A stretch of 64,000 nt of DNA from an uncultured Gammaproteobacteria bacterium (GCA_964551605.1 CAZKCV010000001.1:136898-200897); one strand, 5' to 3'. Shown: positions 10,283 through 20,701, numbered from the stretch's first letter. The notes: generated from the sequence alone by a model not told the origin. Numbers and translations are program-made.

Positions 10283-10627
10283 TTAATATAGTTTAGCACT
10301 AAGTTGAACTTTTTGATCCGGCACCACCAAAATACATTGTCCTTTTGCATCTGAGATTCCAAGAGTCAAAAATTCAGAGGTAAATGGCCCTATTTGTTTT
10401 GGAGGCATATTGATAAGACCTAAAATCAGTTTATCCTGCAAATCTTCTTTTTTATAAAGATGGGTCGCGCCAACTGCTGAGTTTTTTATTCCAACTTCTT
10501 CTCCAAAATCAACCGTAATTTTATAAAGCGGTTTTCTAGCTTCCGGAAAATCTTCGACTTTGATAACCTTTCCCACTCTGATATCCACCTTATCAAAATC
10601 CTCATAACTTATTTGCGGTTTTACCAT
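10283..10627 (-). CDS. tRNA-binding domain protein (CsaA/Trbp111-like OB fold)
   Basis: 114 aa. VDIRVGKV...FPEARKPLYKITVD is typical of the MetRS C-terminal-like tRNA-binding domain. Confidence 0.75.
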   Translation of the reverse strand: MVKPQISYEDFDKVDIRVGKVIKVEDFPEARKPLYKITVDFGEEVGIKNSAVGATHLYKKEDLQDKLILGLINMPPKQIGPFTSEFLTLGISDAKGQCILVVPDQKVQLSAKLY

Positions 10628-10720
10628 TAAAAGATTATATCATCCTTTGTTCCACTTTCCGGTTACATTGAGTCGCTATAGCGACTGATGTAACCATTCA
10701 TTCACTCTATATGGGATCAC

Positions 10721-11389
10721 TCAACGGCTAACCTGCAGCAACGGTAAAACTTGTGTATATTCCGGCAATACTGTTATATCTACAGATTGTTCAAAGAGTG
10801 CATTATTATTGGCTTTATCTTTTACTCGCATTGTGACATGCTCTTTCCCTACTCCCCGTACGGCTTCTATCCTTGTAATAGAATTCTCTTCGATCAAACC
10901 CACTCCCCGAAGGCCTAATGCTGCCGTGCCAACTGGAACACTGACATCCAGGGGAGCTTTAATGGTGCAATCTATATTTGGGGGCAGAGTGCAAGCCTTC
11001 GCCTCCACTCCTGTGGTCTGCACTATGGTTTCCACAATAAGCTCAGCAGGGTAACTTTCTTCCTTATTTACCACGTAGATCCTAACTGCTGGTGTAACCT
11101 GATCACCCAAATTAACCTTAGCATCCTCAAGCGGTAACTCATCTAAAAGATTTTCAGGTCTATTCGGGAAACTACCTAAAAGGTAAAGTCGGATATCCAA
11201 ATTAGAGTTAATTGTGCTTATTTCTTGGGATGGCATGAAGCCGGGTACAACCACTGTACGATCAGATGCTGACTGCCCGACTGCTTCTACTAAAACACTA
11301 TTCACAGGTATTGAATGCGAAATAATAATTGCCGCTGCACTCATTACCATTTTTTCTGCCAAATTAAAAAACTTTCTTTCAATCATCAA
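10721..11389 (-). CDS. Hypothetical secreted/membrane-anchored protein
   Basis: N-terminal hydrophobic segment. No recognisable motifs. Confidence 0.4.
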   Translation of the reverse strand: MMIERKFFNLAEKMVMSAAAIIISHSIPVNSVLVEAVGQSASDRTVVVPGFMPSQEISTINSNLDIRLYLLGSFPNRPENLLDELPLEDAKVNLGDQVTPAVRIYVVNKEESYPAELIVETIVQTTGVEAKACTLPPNIDCTIKAPLDVSVPVGTAALGLRGVGLIEENSITRIEAVRGVGKEHVTMRVKDKANNNALFEQSVDITVLPEYTQVLPLLQVSR

Positions 11390-11395
11390 AATCCC

Positions 11396-12499
11396 CTATG
11401 GTAAAAGCTTGCGGATGTCGGAGAAGGTAATAAGAAGGGCAAGAGCCAAAAGAATGATAAAACCTACCTGGTGGACCATTTTTTCAATATCACCTCTCAC
11501 TTTTCCACCGCTTACTGCTTCAATTACCAGGAACAATAACCTACCGCCATCCAAAGCCGGTACAGGCAAGACATTAAAAATGGCTAAAGTTAAAGAAATA
11601 ACCCCCACCAGCCACAAAAATGTTAAGGCAGCAGCCCAGCCGGCAGATAAAATCGTACCGGTAACTACAGCTAACCCTACCGGGCCGGCTACTGATTGTG
11701 AAGCTTTTCCAAAATCTCCGGTAATTAGGTCTTGAAATAAATTGCCTAGACCCGCAAAAGTTACTTTGGTTAAATCCCAAGAATAAGTAATTCCGGAAAA
11801 TATTTTTTCTGCAGGGGTTTTATATTCCCTGAATGGAATCGGGCTGAAAATAACTCCGATTAATGCATCTTCACCAGGACCCTTTTTAGGAGTTACTCTC
11901 ACTGTCCTTAATCTGTTCCCGTCAGCATCTGATAGTTGTAAACTCAAGGGCTGCTCGCCTTTTGACCTAATCAGCTGTCTGGCGTTGTCAATATTCTCGA
12001 CTTTTTGGTTATCAATGGAAATCAGTTTATCTCCAACCTGTATTCCAGCCTTCTCTGCCGGGAAGTTTTGTTCCAGTTTGGCAATATAAACGGCCGGCTC
12101 CAGCGTCGGATAAATAACCCTGAAATTTTGTGAAGCTATAACAGTATAAAAGAGCACCCAAGCCAACACTAAATTCATAACTACTCCGGCTACCACTACT
12201 ATAATTCTTTTACTCACCGGCTTAGTCCTAAAATCCCTGCTGTTCTCCGAACCTTTTCTCTTAATTGCCAAATCACCCTGTTCATCTTCTCCCAACAATC
12301 GGACAAAACCTCCGAAAGGCAACCAATTAAGAGAATAAATTGTTTCCCCGATTTTCTTTCCCCAGATTCGGGGCGGAATACCAAAGCCAAATTCTTCGAC
12401 TTTAATGCCGAAACGCTTGGCCATGATAAAATGCCCGAATTCGTGGATCAGGACTAAAACTAAAAGGGTAATGATGAAAATAATAATAGAAAATATCAT
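11396..12499 (-). CDS. rseP: RseP-like site-2 zinc metalloprotease (M50) with PDZ domain
   Basis: HEFGHF zinc motif in TM1, central PDZ, C-terminal LDGG motif. Confidence 0.85.
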   Translation of the reverse strand: MIFSIIIFIITLLVLVLIHEFGHFIMAKRFGIKVEEFGFGIPPRIWGKKIGETIYSLNWLPFGGFVRLLGEDEQGDLAIKRKGSENSRDFRTKPVSKRIIVVVAGVVMNLVLAWVLFYTVIASQNFRVIYPTLEPAVYIAKLEQNFPAEKAGIQVGDKLISIDNQKVENIDNARQLIRSKGEQPLSLQLSDADGNRLRTVRVTPKKGPGEDALIGVIFSPIPFREYKTPAEKIFSGITYSWDLTKVTFAGLGNLFQDLITGDFGKASQSVAGPVGLAVVTGTILSAGWAAALTFLWLVGVISLTLAIFNVLPVPALDGGRLLFLVIEAVSGGKVRGDIEKMVHQVGFIILLALALLITFSDIRKLLP

Positions 12500-12601
12500 A
12501 ATAGTCGTCAGCCATCAGCTGTCAGTCATAAGCTAAGCTTGCGAGCTTCGCTCTTCAGACAAATCAGAAAAGTCTGAAAGCTGAAGACTGAGGACTGAAG
12601 G

Positions 12602-13156
12602 CTATATCTGTATCAGTTCTTCTTCCTTGGCTTTACCTAATTGTTCAATTTCAGCCACCTTTTTATCTATCAGCTCCTGCAGAATTTTTTCCCTTCGGAA
12701 AAATTCATCCTCACCGAATTCCCCATCTTCGGAGGCTTTTTTCCAGCCATTTCTAAAATCCTGCCTGATTTGTCTGATCACCACATGAGCTTCTTCCTGT
12801 TTATGATGTAACAATTTTCTAAACTCTTCCCTTCTTTCCGCTGTTAAGGGAGGAATCGGTAAACGGATTAAGGTGCCTTCATTAGAAGGATTCAAACCCA
12901 AGTTTGCTTCCTGAATGGACTTGATCACCTTATCTAAAATTGAAGCATCCCAAACCTGCACTGTTAAAAGCGAAGGTTGGGGAGCAGAAATATTTCCCAC
13001 CTCATTAAGCTTCATATGGGATCCATATGCTTCCACCGGAATATTTTCTATTAAAGCGGGATTAGCCCGGCCGGCCCTGATTCCGGCAATTTCCGCCTTA
13101 AAATGGTGCAGTGCAGCATCAATCTTGTTGTTTGGTTCTGTTAATACAGGATCCAT
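12602..13156 (-). CDS. frr: Ribosome recycling factor
   Basis: 184 aa, RRF-like throughout. Part of the frr-tsf-rpsB cluster. Confidence 0.85.
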   Translation of the reverse strand: MDPVLTEPNNKIDAALHHFKAEIAGIRAGRANPALIENIPVEAYGSHMKLNEVGNISAPQPSLLTVQVWDASILDKVIKSIQEANLGLNPSNEGTLIRLPIPPLTAERREEFRKLLHHKQEEAHVVIRQIRQDFRNGWKKASEDGEFGEDEFFRREKILQELIDKKVAEIEQLGKAKEEELIQI

Positions 13157-13611
13157 TATTCTCCAAGAGCTATTCTTTCAAACCGACCAATCTGAATATT
13201 TTCTCCCACTTTACCAACTACTCCTTTTATCAACAAATCTACAGTCAAAGAGTTGTCTCTTATATATTCCTGTGACAGAAGGTCTTCAACGCTGGAGGGG
13301 TTCATTGAGGCAATCTGCAAAGTAAGCTCATGGGCTAAATTTTTGAAATCTTCGGTCCTGGCTACAAAGTCCGTCTCACACAAAAGCTCTACCAAAACTC
13401 CCACTTTACCGGCATGGGAGTATGTTTCCACTATTCCGGCCTTCACTTCCCTTTCCGCCTTAGAAGAAGCTTTATCCAGCCCTTTTTTCTTTAGCCACAC
13501 TTTAGCCTTTACCATATCCCCGTCAGACTCTTTTAAGGCCTCCCTGCAGTCAGCAATTCCTGCCCCAGTTTGCTCTCGGAGTAATTTGATATCTTCAATC
13601 TTTATGTCCAT
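13156..13611 (-). CDS. tsf: Elongation factor Ts (short form)
   Basis: UBA-like N-terminus LLREQTGAGIADCREAL, conserved TDFVART motif. 151 aa. Confidence 0.8.
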   Translation of the reverse strand: MDIKIEDIKLLREQTGAGIADCREALKESDGDMVKAKVWLKKKGLDKASSKAEREVKAGIVETYSHAGKVGVLVELLCETDFVARTEDFKNLAHELTLQIASMNPSSVEDLLSQEYIRDNSLTVDLLIKGVVGKVGENIQIGRFERIALGE

Positions 13612-13640
13612 AAAGCTTTATATAAATCCTAATGAATTTT

Positions 13641-14465
13641 CTAAACAACTCTCTCTGACTCTTTTACTGTTTCCTTCTCTACCATCTCCTCTGCAGCTGC
13701 TACTTCTTCTTTTAATTCCTCCGGTAGCATATCTTCCTTTTTAGCTGCTGCTTTTTCTGCCTTTTCAGCTTCCTTACCAGCTTCCTTCTTCCCTTCGCCA
13801 TAAGCCGAAGCCACAGCCCCCACTAAAACTTTAATAGATTTTATGGCATCATCATTGCCGGGAATTGGGTAATTTATTTCCGTTGGGTCGGAGTTTGAAT
13901 CCGCGATAGCCACAACTTTAATCTTAAGCCGGTTCGCCTCCCTGATTGCAATGTTGTCTGAAACTGCATCCACCACAAACAAGGCATCAGGAAGTTTCCC
14001 TAAATCCATTACTCCGGCAAAGTCTCTTTGCAGTTTGCTCATTTTCCTCTCCAGGAGCAAATTTTCTTTTTTAGTATATTTGGATAGCTCTCCTTTTTCT
14101 TTTTGATCCAGGTACTCCTTGAGGATTTTAATATTTTTCTGCATCTGCTCAAAATTCGTTAAAAATCCGCCCATCCAGCGTGCTACTAAAAACGGGGCTT
14201 TAAGCTCTTTACAAATTTCCTCAATGATAGGCTTAGCTTGTTTTTTGGTTCCCACAAAAAGCAGGACTTTACCGGATTTTCCCATTTCATAAACAAACTC
14301 ACAAGCTTCTTTTAAGTATTTTTCAGATTGGGTTAAGTCAATAACATGAACACCTTCACGGGCGCCATAAATATAAGGCTTCATCCGGGGATGACCGCGC
14401 CTGACCTGGTGCCCAAAATGGACTCCAGCTTCTAATAATTCCTGTAAACTAGGTAATTTGTACAT
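13641..14465 (-). CDS. rpsB: 30S ribosomal protein S2 with Lys/Glu-rich C-terminal extension
   Basis: LLEAGVHFGHQ core. Start trimmed to the Met of MYKLPSLQELL. The 42-codon track extension reads through a 5' UTR motif. Confidence 0.8.
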   Translation of the reverse strand: MYKLPSLQELLEAGVHFGHQVRRGHPRMKPYIYGAREGVHVIDLTQSEKYLKEACEFVYEMGKSGKVLLFVGTKKQAKPIIEEICKELKAPFLVARWMGGFLTNFEQMQKNIKILKEYLDQKEKGELSKYTKKENLLLERKMSKLQRDFAGVMDLGKLPDALFVVDAVSDNIAIREANRLKIKVVAIADSNSDPTEINYPIPGNDDAIKSIKVLVGAVASAYGEGKKEAGKEAEKAEKAAAKKEDMLPEELKEEVAAAEEMVEKETVKESERVV

Positions 14466-14600
14466 GTTTTCCTTGTTCCTCTCTACCAGCAGTATAGTTT
14501 CAGGAAAACCTAAGCAAAGCTTGCGAGCTTCGCTCTTAAACTGATAGATGTTTAATGCTGATATTTTATCAGGAACAAACGTATAAAGCAATACCTACTA

Positions 14601-15104
14601 CTATCTTTCCAATTCCAGAAACCTGTACTTAAACCCGTCTGATTCCTGTTCTTCTGACTGCCAGACTACTTTTTTAAAATCAGAGTAGTCAGGAAAAAAG
14701 GTATCTCCTTCTATTTCCTGATCAATTACTGTCAGATACAGTTTATCTGCTAAAGGCAAGGCCTGTTTGTAGATTTCACCACCACCGATTACAAATACTT
14801 CTTCGCTGCCAGGTTGATTCTTTGCCATCTCCAGCGCCTCCTCCAAAGAATGAGCAACTATTATACCCTCTGTCTGATAAGATGGATCCCGACTGATCAC
14901 AATATTTGTTCTACCAGGTAACACCCTTCCGATCGATTCATGGGTTCTTCTCCCCATTATAATCGGATGTCCCATGGTAATTTCTCTAAACCTTTTCAGC
15001 TCTTCCGGAATATTCCAGGGCATGCCGCCCGCTCTGCCGATTACCCGTTTGCTTCCGGCTACAGCTACGATAATACTAATTTTGGGCTTTTCCATAATAT
15101 CCAC
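14601..15104 (-). CDS. folA: Dihydrofolate reductase
   Basis: IIVAVA...GMPW...IMGRRT motifs. Confidence 0.85.
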   Translation of the reverse strand: MDIMEKPKISIIVAVAGSKRVIGRAGGMPWNIPEELKRFREITMGHPIIMGRRTHESIGRVLPGRTNIVISRDPSYQTEGIIVAHSLEEALEMAKNQPGSEEVFVIGGGEIYKQALPLADKLYLTVIDQEIEGDTFFPDYSDFKKVVWQSEEQESDGFKYRFLELER

Positions 15105-16068
15105 CTGCCACAGTTAACTCTGCTTTAATTACCGGATGCGGATTGTAGTTTTCTAAAGTCACCAGTTCCGGCTTAAAATCATCAATCGTTTTTAAGCTTT
15201 TATCTATTTTTACAGTTGGGAAAGGCTTTGGTTTTCTTCTAATCTGTTCTTTAACCTGAGCTATATGGTTTTCATAAATATGAACATCACCAAAGGTATG
15301 AATAAATTCCCCCGGTTCATAGCCGGTGATCTTAGCCAAAACCACAGTTAATAAAGCGTAACTGGCAATATTAAAAGGCACCCCCAAGAAAACATCACAA
15401 CTTCTGTGATAAAGCTGCAGCGACAGCTTTCCTCCTCTTTGATTAACCTGAAACATATTGTGGCAAATCGGGAAATGGGAAGTATCTTCATAGGTGGCCA
15501 TTGAATAAAGGTATTCCGGATTCCAGGAGGTGACAATTAAATTCTTGGCATCCGGATCTTCTTTTAGCTCCCGGACTATCCATTTTAACTGGTCAATAGT
15601 CCGGGAGCTTCTGGTGGGCCATTTCCTCCACATCTCTCCGTAAATCCTCGGCAACTCCCCCCATTTTTTTGCAAATTTCTCATTCGTCCTGATTTTTTCT
15701 ATAAACTCTTCTTTAGATAAGAGTCTAGTATTTGTTTTCCTTAACTCTAGATTCTTGACTCTTGACTCTTCTTTAAGCTTATACATCTTATACGGATAAT
15801 CATCCCAGATATGAACATTGCGGTCTACCAGATACTTAATATTAGTTTGTCCGGAAAAGAACCAATACAACTCTTCCAAAACTCCTTTCCAGTAAACTTT
15901 TTTGGTAGTTAAAAGCGGAAAACCTTTAGAAAGATCAAATCGGATTTGGCGGCCGAAAACACTATACAGCGCCACATCAGTCCCCCGGTCAATTTTTTTA
16001 ACGCCATTTTTAAGAATGTCTTTTAGTAAATCCAGATATTGATATTCTTGATGCCTTACCCTTGCCAT
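15076..16068 (-). CDS. thyA: Thymidylate synthase (ThyA type)
   Basis: ThyA N-terminus and catalytic-Cys region. 330 aa with a Lys-rich insertion encoded by a cttgact tandem repeat. Confidence 0.85.
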   Translation of the reverse strand: MARVRHQEYQYLDLLKDILKNGVKKIDRGTDVALYSVFGRQIRFDLSKGFPLLTTKKVYWKGVLEELYWFFSGQTNIKYLVDRNVHIWDDYPYKMYKLKEESRVKNLELRKTNTRLLSKEEFIEKIRTNEKFAKKWGELPRIYGEMWRKWPTRSSRTIDQLKWIVRELKEDPDAKNLIVTSWNPEYLYSMATYEDTSHFPICHNMFQVNQRGGKLSLQLYHRSCDVFLGVPFNIASYALLTVVLAKITGYEPGEFIHTFGDVHIYENHIAQVKEQIRRKPKPFPTVKIDKSLKTIDDFKPELVTLENYNPHPVIKAELTVAGGYYGKAQN

Positions 16069-16230
16069 AAGTTCCTATTCTAACAGAACAGCGAAGTTTA
16101 GGTCAGTCAAAAAATGTTGAGGATTTTGTGCTGACTATCTCGATGACTTACCTTTGGTATCCACAAAATTCTCACAAGCGAGCAAGTCTCTACCGTGCGA
16201 ACGCTTTTTTGCGACCAAACGAGCTGTTCA

Positions 16231-16800
16231 TTATACTTGTCTCTCCTCCTTTTTCGGGCTGACCCTGCCGCCCTGGTGCTGACCCCGGTAGGAGACAGTT
16301 TTACCTTTTATTTTATGAAAAATAATATTACAAATCCTGGCTCCCAGCTGCAGTTTAACCGGAAAAGGGCTTAAGTTAGTTAAACCCATGGTCAGCTGTC
16401 CGCTGTAACCGGGATCGGTTTTTGAATTTAAAAGCAACAGTCCGGCCCGGAAAAGCGAAGTCCTGGTGTGCACTATCGGCATTAAATCCAAAGGCGTGTT
16501 GATTATTTCTACAGTCTGAGCTAAATAATATTCTCCGGGTTTTATTACAATCCAGGGTTGCTCTTCTTTTTCCTGCTGAAATTTAGCTACCTCTTTTGTC
16601 TTAACTCCCTTTCTACTGCCTAGTGCCTGTTGCCTGTCGCCTTCAATAAATGCTCCTCCTTTTATGATCTTATGAACAGCTCCTAAACGAAGGTCAATCC
16701 CCACCCCTTCCGGATTTTTCAAATCCCGGTGGCCCAAATTCTTAATTAGGGAATGTTTTTTTATTCTTTTGTGAATTTCATCTAACCCGAGTACGGACAT
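16231..16800 (-). CDS. dCTP deaminase/dUTPase-fold protein (paralog 2)
   Basis: DPGYSGQLT...GARICNIIF motif of the Dcd/dUTPase trimer fold. Confidence 0.6.
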   Translation of the reverse strand: MSVLGLDEIHKRIKKHSLIKNLGHRDLKNPEGVGIDLRLGAVHKIIKGGAFIEGDRQQALGSRKGVKTKEVAKFQQEKEEQPWIVIKPGEYYLAQTVEIINTPLDLMPIVHTRTSLFRAGLLLLNSKTDPGYSGQLTMGLTNLSPFPVKLQLGARICNIIFHKIKGKTVSYRGQHQGGRVSPKKEERQV

Positions 16801-17425
16801 TTTTTCTCCCCATGATATTTGATACTTCCGGCATCTTACTTCCCCCGTATCTGTTATTAGGACTCTTTTTGTAAGATCTTTCTACCGGAGCTGCCAGCTT
16901 TTCAAAAGAAAAGGCACAGATCGGACTGCCTTCATAAATTACTAACTTCTTGCCTTTTAAGAAAGTACCGAATTCCAAAACCGGATGACCATCCCAGCCC
17001 GGATCAAACCTGGCAGCAGTTGAATGCACAACTACCCCTAATCTAGCCAGGGAACTTTTTCCATGCAGGTGTCCGACAATATTATCCGGTAAAGTTAACC
17101 TTTCATAAGTCGTGGCAATTACAAAATCATGCTCTGTCAGAATAAAGGGTTGGCCTGGTTTTAACTCCACTAACCTCATCATAGATTCCATATCTTCTTT
17201 GGTAGCATACCTGGTATCGATAGTATTTAACCCTTCATCAGTAAAAACCCGCAGTTTATTACCAAGGTGGAAATCCACTGTCACCTCATCTACGCAATCT
17301 TCCCAGTCTTTTGGTAGCGGGTCTATTTTAATAATTCCCTTTTTTATATGTTCCCTTAAAGCCCAGTCAGGAAGGGTGCCTAAAATATCCAAATCCGCAG
17401 ATCTTTTAGAAGTTTTCTTTGGCAT
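16778..17425 (-). CDS. dcd: dCTP deaminase
   Basis: GKSSLARLGVVVHSTAARFDPGW motif. Overlaps its downstream paralog by 23 nt. Confidence 0.7.
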   Translation of the reverse strand: MPKKTSKRSADLDILGTLPDWALREHIKKGIIKIDPLPKDWEDCVDEVTVDFHLGNKLRVFTDEGLNTIDTRYATKEDMESMMRLVELKPGQPFILTEHDFVIATTYERLTLPDNIVGHLHGKSSLARLGVVVHSTAARFDPGWDGHPVLEFGTFLKGKKLVIYEGSPICAFSFEKLAAPVERSYKKSPNNRYGGSKMPEVSNIMGRKNVRTRVR

Positions 17426-17458
17426 AAGCTAAGATCCTAATGAAATTAGACCCTTTTT

Positions 17459-17932
17459 TCAAGTGGGAAGATTTGAAGGATTCATTACCGCACCCATTGT
17501 AGTTCCATACGCAGATAGCTGCTCCGGGGTAGGAGGACCATTATTTTCCCAAGAGATGCCTCGACCGCCACGTAAACTGTAAATATTGGCAACAATCCCA
17601 TCTTTTCCTGGATCTAATCTGAGATATCGACTGCTCTGCTCTCCTATAAAAATCAACATTCGTGATTCCGACAGTGGTCTGCGGCCAATCGCAACAACAA
17701 AAACGTCCTTTAACTCTTTACTCCGGGCTTGAGTTCTTTCCCATAACGAAAGGTGGTTTTCATCGATCAATTTAGCAATGAGATCCCAAACTAACGGTTT
17801 AATACCCAGAGTCAAAATACTAACACGTATTCTTTCCCTCCGCCCCCACTTCGGCACTCCTATTTCTACCCCCGCCAATAACTTAGCGCTATCACTATGT
17901 AAACTACGTAGTATCTCTGTTTCTGCAATCAT
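17459..17932 (-). CDS. Hypothetical protein embedded in the dTMP-synthesis cluster
   Basis: 157 aa, no recognisable motif. Confidence 0.4.
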   Translation of the reverse strand: MIAETEILRSLHSDSAKLLAGVEIGVPKWGRRERIRVSILTLGIKPLVWDLIAKLIDENHLSLWERTQARSKELKDVFVVAIGRRPLSESRMLIFIGEQSSRYLRLDPGKDGIVANIYSLRGGRGISWENNGPPTPEQLSAYGTTMGAVMNPSNLPT

Positions 17933-17980
17933 TTATGAAAAAAATACTATAAGTTTAACTGTTTGTCAAGTGGAGAGATT

Positions 17981-18631
17981 TTATTTTATCTCTTCCAATA
18001 TAGACAGTAATTCTTGCTGAATTTCTTCGGGAGACTTCATTTCCCCTTCTTTCATACAATCAACAACATGCCAATTTGTTTCTTTTTTAGATAATTCTAA
18101 ATAGATTTTATTTGCCTCTTCCAGGTGCTTGATGCTTTCTTCATGAAGATCAGATAATCTGCTGGCAACATTTTTTTGTCCGGTCTTAGGAGCAACCTTT
18201 AAAAGAATCGTTAAGTCTTCTCTTGGCATCCGGTTGGTTTGGTATTCCAATGTGTCTAACCAGGAAATAAATTCTTCCCTTTGATTCCCGGCCAGAATGG
18301 CCCCCATGTGAGCTTTATTGGCAGAAACATACCTGTTAGCCAAAACTATATTTCCTTCATTTAGCCATTTTTCAATCTCAGGTTTTGCCAAAAGCCGGTC
18401 CCCGGCAAAGGCTAAAGAGATAAGGTAGGGATTTACTTCCTTAAGGGAACCAAATTCACCTTCCAGGTATCTTGTCACTAAATCCGCATAAATATTATCT
18501 CCGTATCTGGGAAAACTGACAGCCTCCCAGGCGACGCCTTGCGAGGCTAAATATTCTTTTAACAACTCAACCTGGGTACTCTTGCCTGATCCGTCAATCC
18601 CCTCCAATACAACTAAGGATCCTTTTTTCAT
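17981..18631 (-). CDS. tmk: Thymidylate kinase
   Basis: P-loop LEGIDGSGKST and the dTMP-kinase lid region. Confidence 0.85.
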   Translation of the reverse strand: MKKGSLVVLEGIDGSGKSTQVELLKEYLASQGVAWEAVSFPRYGDNIYADLVTRYLEGEFGSLKEVNPYLISLAFAGDRLLAKPEIEKWLNEGNIVLANRYVSANKAHMGAILAGNQREEFISWLDTLEYQTNRMPREDLTILLKVAPKTGQKNVASRLSDLHEESIKHLEEANKIYLELSKKETNWHVVDCMKEGEMKSPEEIQQELLSILEEIK

Positions 18632-18647
18632 CTGAGGCGGGTATAAA

Positions 18648-18911
18648 TTATGAGTAAGGAGAAAAACCCTCTGCTGTTATATCTCCTCTGACACCATTTT
18701 GGGTTCCTATCATACACAAATCTCTCTTCATGTATTCACTCCGCTCGTCCAAATTCACTGGACAGCTATCCTTTTTGTCACAAGGCAGGCAAAATTGCTC
18801 AAGTCGTTTTTCTAATTTATTTCCGGGTAGCCCAATTGACCTGGCAAATCTGCCTCCTCCTGAAACCAAAACTCCTCCAACTAATCTGCTGTCCCGCTCT
18901 TGTGTTGGCAT
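18648..18911 (-). CDS. Hypothetical small Cys-rich protein (may be non-coding)
   Basis: 87 aa with a CLPC...C cluster. Lies in the 320-bp tmk-pyrG spacer. Confidence 0.25.
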   Translation of the reverse strand: MPTQERDSRLVGGVLVSGGGRFARSIGLPGNKLEKRLEQFCLPCDKKDSCPVNLDERSEYMKRDLCMIGTQNGVRGDITAEGFSPYS

Positions 18912-18950
18912 AGTGAGATTATACTATCAGACACCTTTATTTGTCAAAAA

Positions 18951-20586
18951 TCAGCTGATCTTTATCTTAGAAGCGGCTTTAATAAACCCTAAAAACAGCG
19001 GATGCGGGGAAAGCGGCCGGGATTTTAGTTCCGGATGGAACTGGGTCCCTATGAAAAACGGATGGTCTTTCAGTTCAATTATCTCCACCAACTTTCCGTC
19101 CGGTGAAGTTCCGGAAATGGTTAAACCTTTTTTCATAAATTGTTCTAAAAAGTCATTATTAAACTCAAACCTGTGCCTGTGACGTTCCGAGATTTCCGGC
19201 TTGCCATATAAACTGCGAACCAGCGACCCTTCTCTTAGCTTACAATCCCAGGCTCCTAATCTCATGGTGGCTCCGTATTCCCGCTTTAACATTTTCTTCT
19301 CCTGATCCGGCATGATGTGAATAACCGGATATTTGGTCTCCGGATCTATTTCCGTGGTGTGGGCTCCCGGAAGATCCAAAACATCCCGGGCATATTCCAC
19401 TACTGCAAGTTGCATGCCGTAACAAAGGCCAAAATAAGGAATGTTATTTTCCCTGGCATATTTAATTGCCTCAATTTTTCCTTCAATATCTCTTGACCCA
19501 AAACCTCCTGGCACAATAATCCCGTTAAATTGACGCAGGATATCAACATTATCCAGAATTTTGCCCGAATCGAGCCAGGTAATTTCCGGTTTTAACCCCA
19601 GAGTCCAGGATGCATGCTTAACTGCTTCAATTACAGAAATATATGAATCGGCTAAGGTGAAAGCTCCGGTAGAGAAGTACTTACCCACTATAGCAATCTT
19701 TACAATCTGTTTACCCTGAGCTTGTCGAAGGGCAGAATCAATTTTCCTGACAAACTCTTTCCATTCTTTCATATCCTCATTTTTCCTCTTTAACCCCAAT
19801 TTATCCAGCAACCTTTGGGCTAAATTCTGTTCATCAAATCCCAGCGGTACTTTATAAATACTGTCCACATCGGGAGCGGAAATAATGTCCGCCGGCTCCA
19901 GGCCGGTAGACATAGACAATTTTCTGATTCTCTGCTGATCCAGCGGCTTCTCAGACCGGGCCAAAAGTATATCCGGTTGGATACCCATGGCATTTAAGTC
20001 CCTAACAGACATCTGGGCCGGTTTGCTTTTCATTTCACCAATCGAGGCCGGAATAGGCAAATAAGTAATATGGGCATGGAGGACATCTGCCGGGTTTTTT
20101 AATTTCATCAGCCGGTTGGCTTCTAAAAACAGGATGTTTTGGTATTCTCCGGTAGTACCCCCGATTTCTATGACTACCACATCAGCATTACCAGCCCGGC
20201 CGGCTTCTTTAATTCTTTTGATAATTTCTTCGGTGACATAAGTCACCACATCCACGCATTCCCCGTCATATTCTAAGTTTCTTTCACGCTGGATGACTGA
20301 AAGATAGATTGATCCTTGAGTAGCAATGCTGTTTTTATTTAAGGATTCATTTAAAAACCGCTCATAATGACCTAAATCCTGATCAGTTTCCGTGCCATCA
20401 TCTAACACAAACACTTCACCATGCTCAATCGGATTCATGGTCCCGGCATCGACATTCAAATAGGGATCCATCTTTATAGGAGTTACTTTATAACCTGCTG
20501 ATTTTAAAAGGAGCGCAATCGAAGAGGTAGCAATACCTTTTCCAATACCACTAATAACACCACCTGTGACAAATATATACTTCATA
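18951..20586 (-). CDS. pyrG: CTP synthase
   Basis: Start trimmed to MKYIFVTGGVISGIGKG. The 23 track codons upstream read through a palindromic repeat. The C-terminal half is a GATase (class I glutamine amidotransferase) domain, inferred from position. Confidence 0.85.
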
Positions 20587-20597
20587 GCTGATTCTAG

Positions 20598-20658
20598 AGA
20601 TTGCTTCACTACGTTCGCAATGACGTCATTGCGAGGAGCAAAGCGACGAAGCAATCTG
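20598..20658. repeat. Family A element, rearranged half-copies, intergenic between pyrG and topA
   Basis: agattgcttc...cgcaatgac followed by gtcattgcgagg...gacgaagcaatct. Confidence 0.7.
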
Positions 20659-20701
20659 TTTACGGGGGATTTTTGAGGCCCTCAATATAATACCAAGAAG
20701 G

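Noticed and set aside
14466-14591. 42-codon N-terminal extension of rpsB
   Set aside because: S2 orthologs start near MYKLPSLQELLEAGVHFGHQ. The extension spans the conserved 27-nt leader motif.
20587-20654. 23-codon N-terminal extension of pyrG (MLRRFAPRNDVIANVV...)
   Set aside because: It reads through a palindromic repeat. Conserved CTP synthase begins at MKYIFVTGGVISGIGKG.
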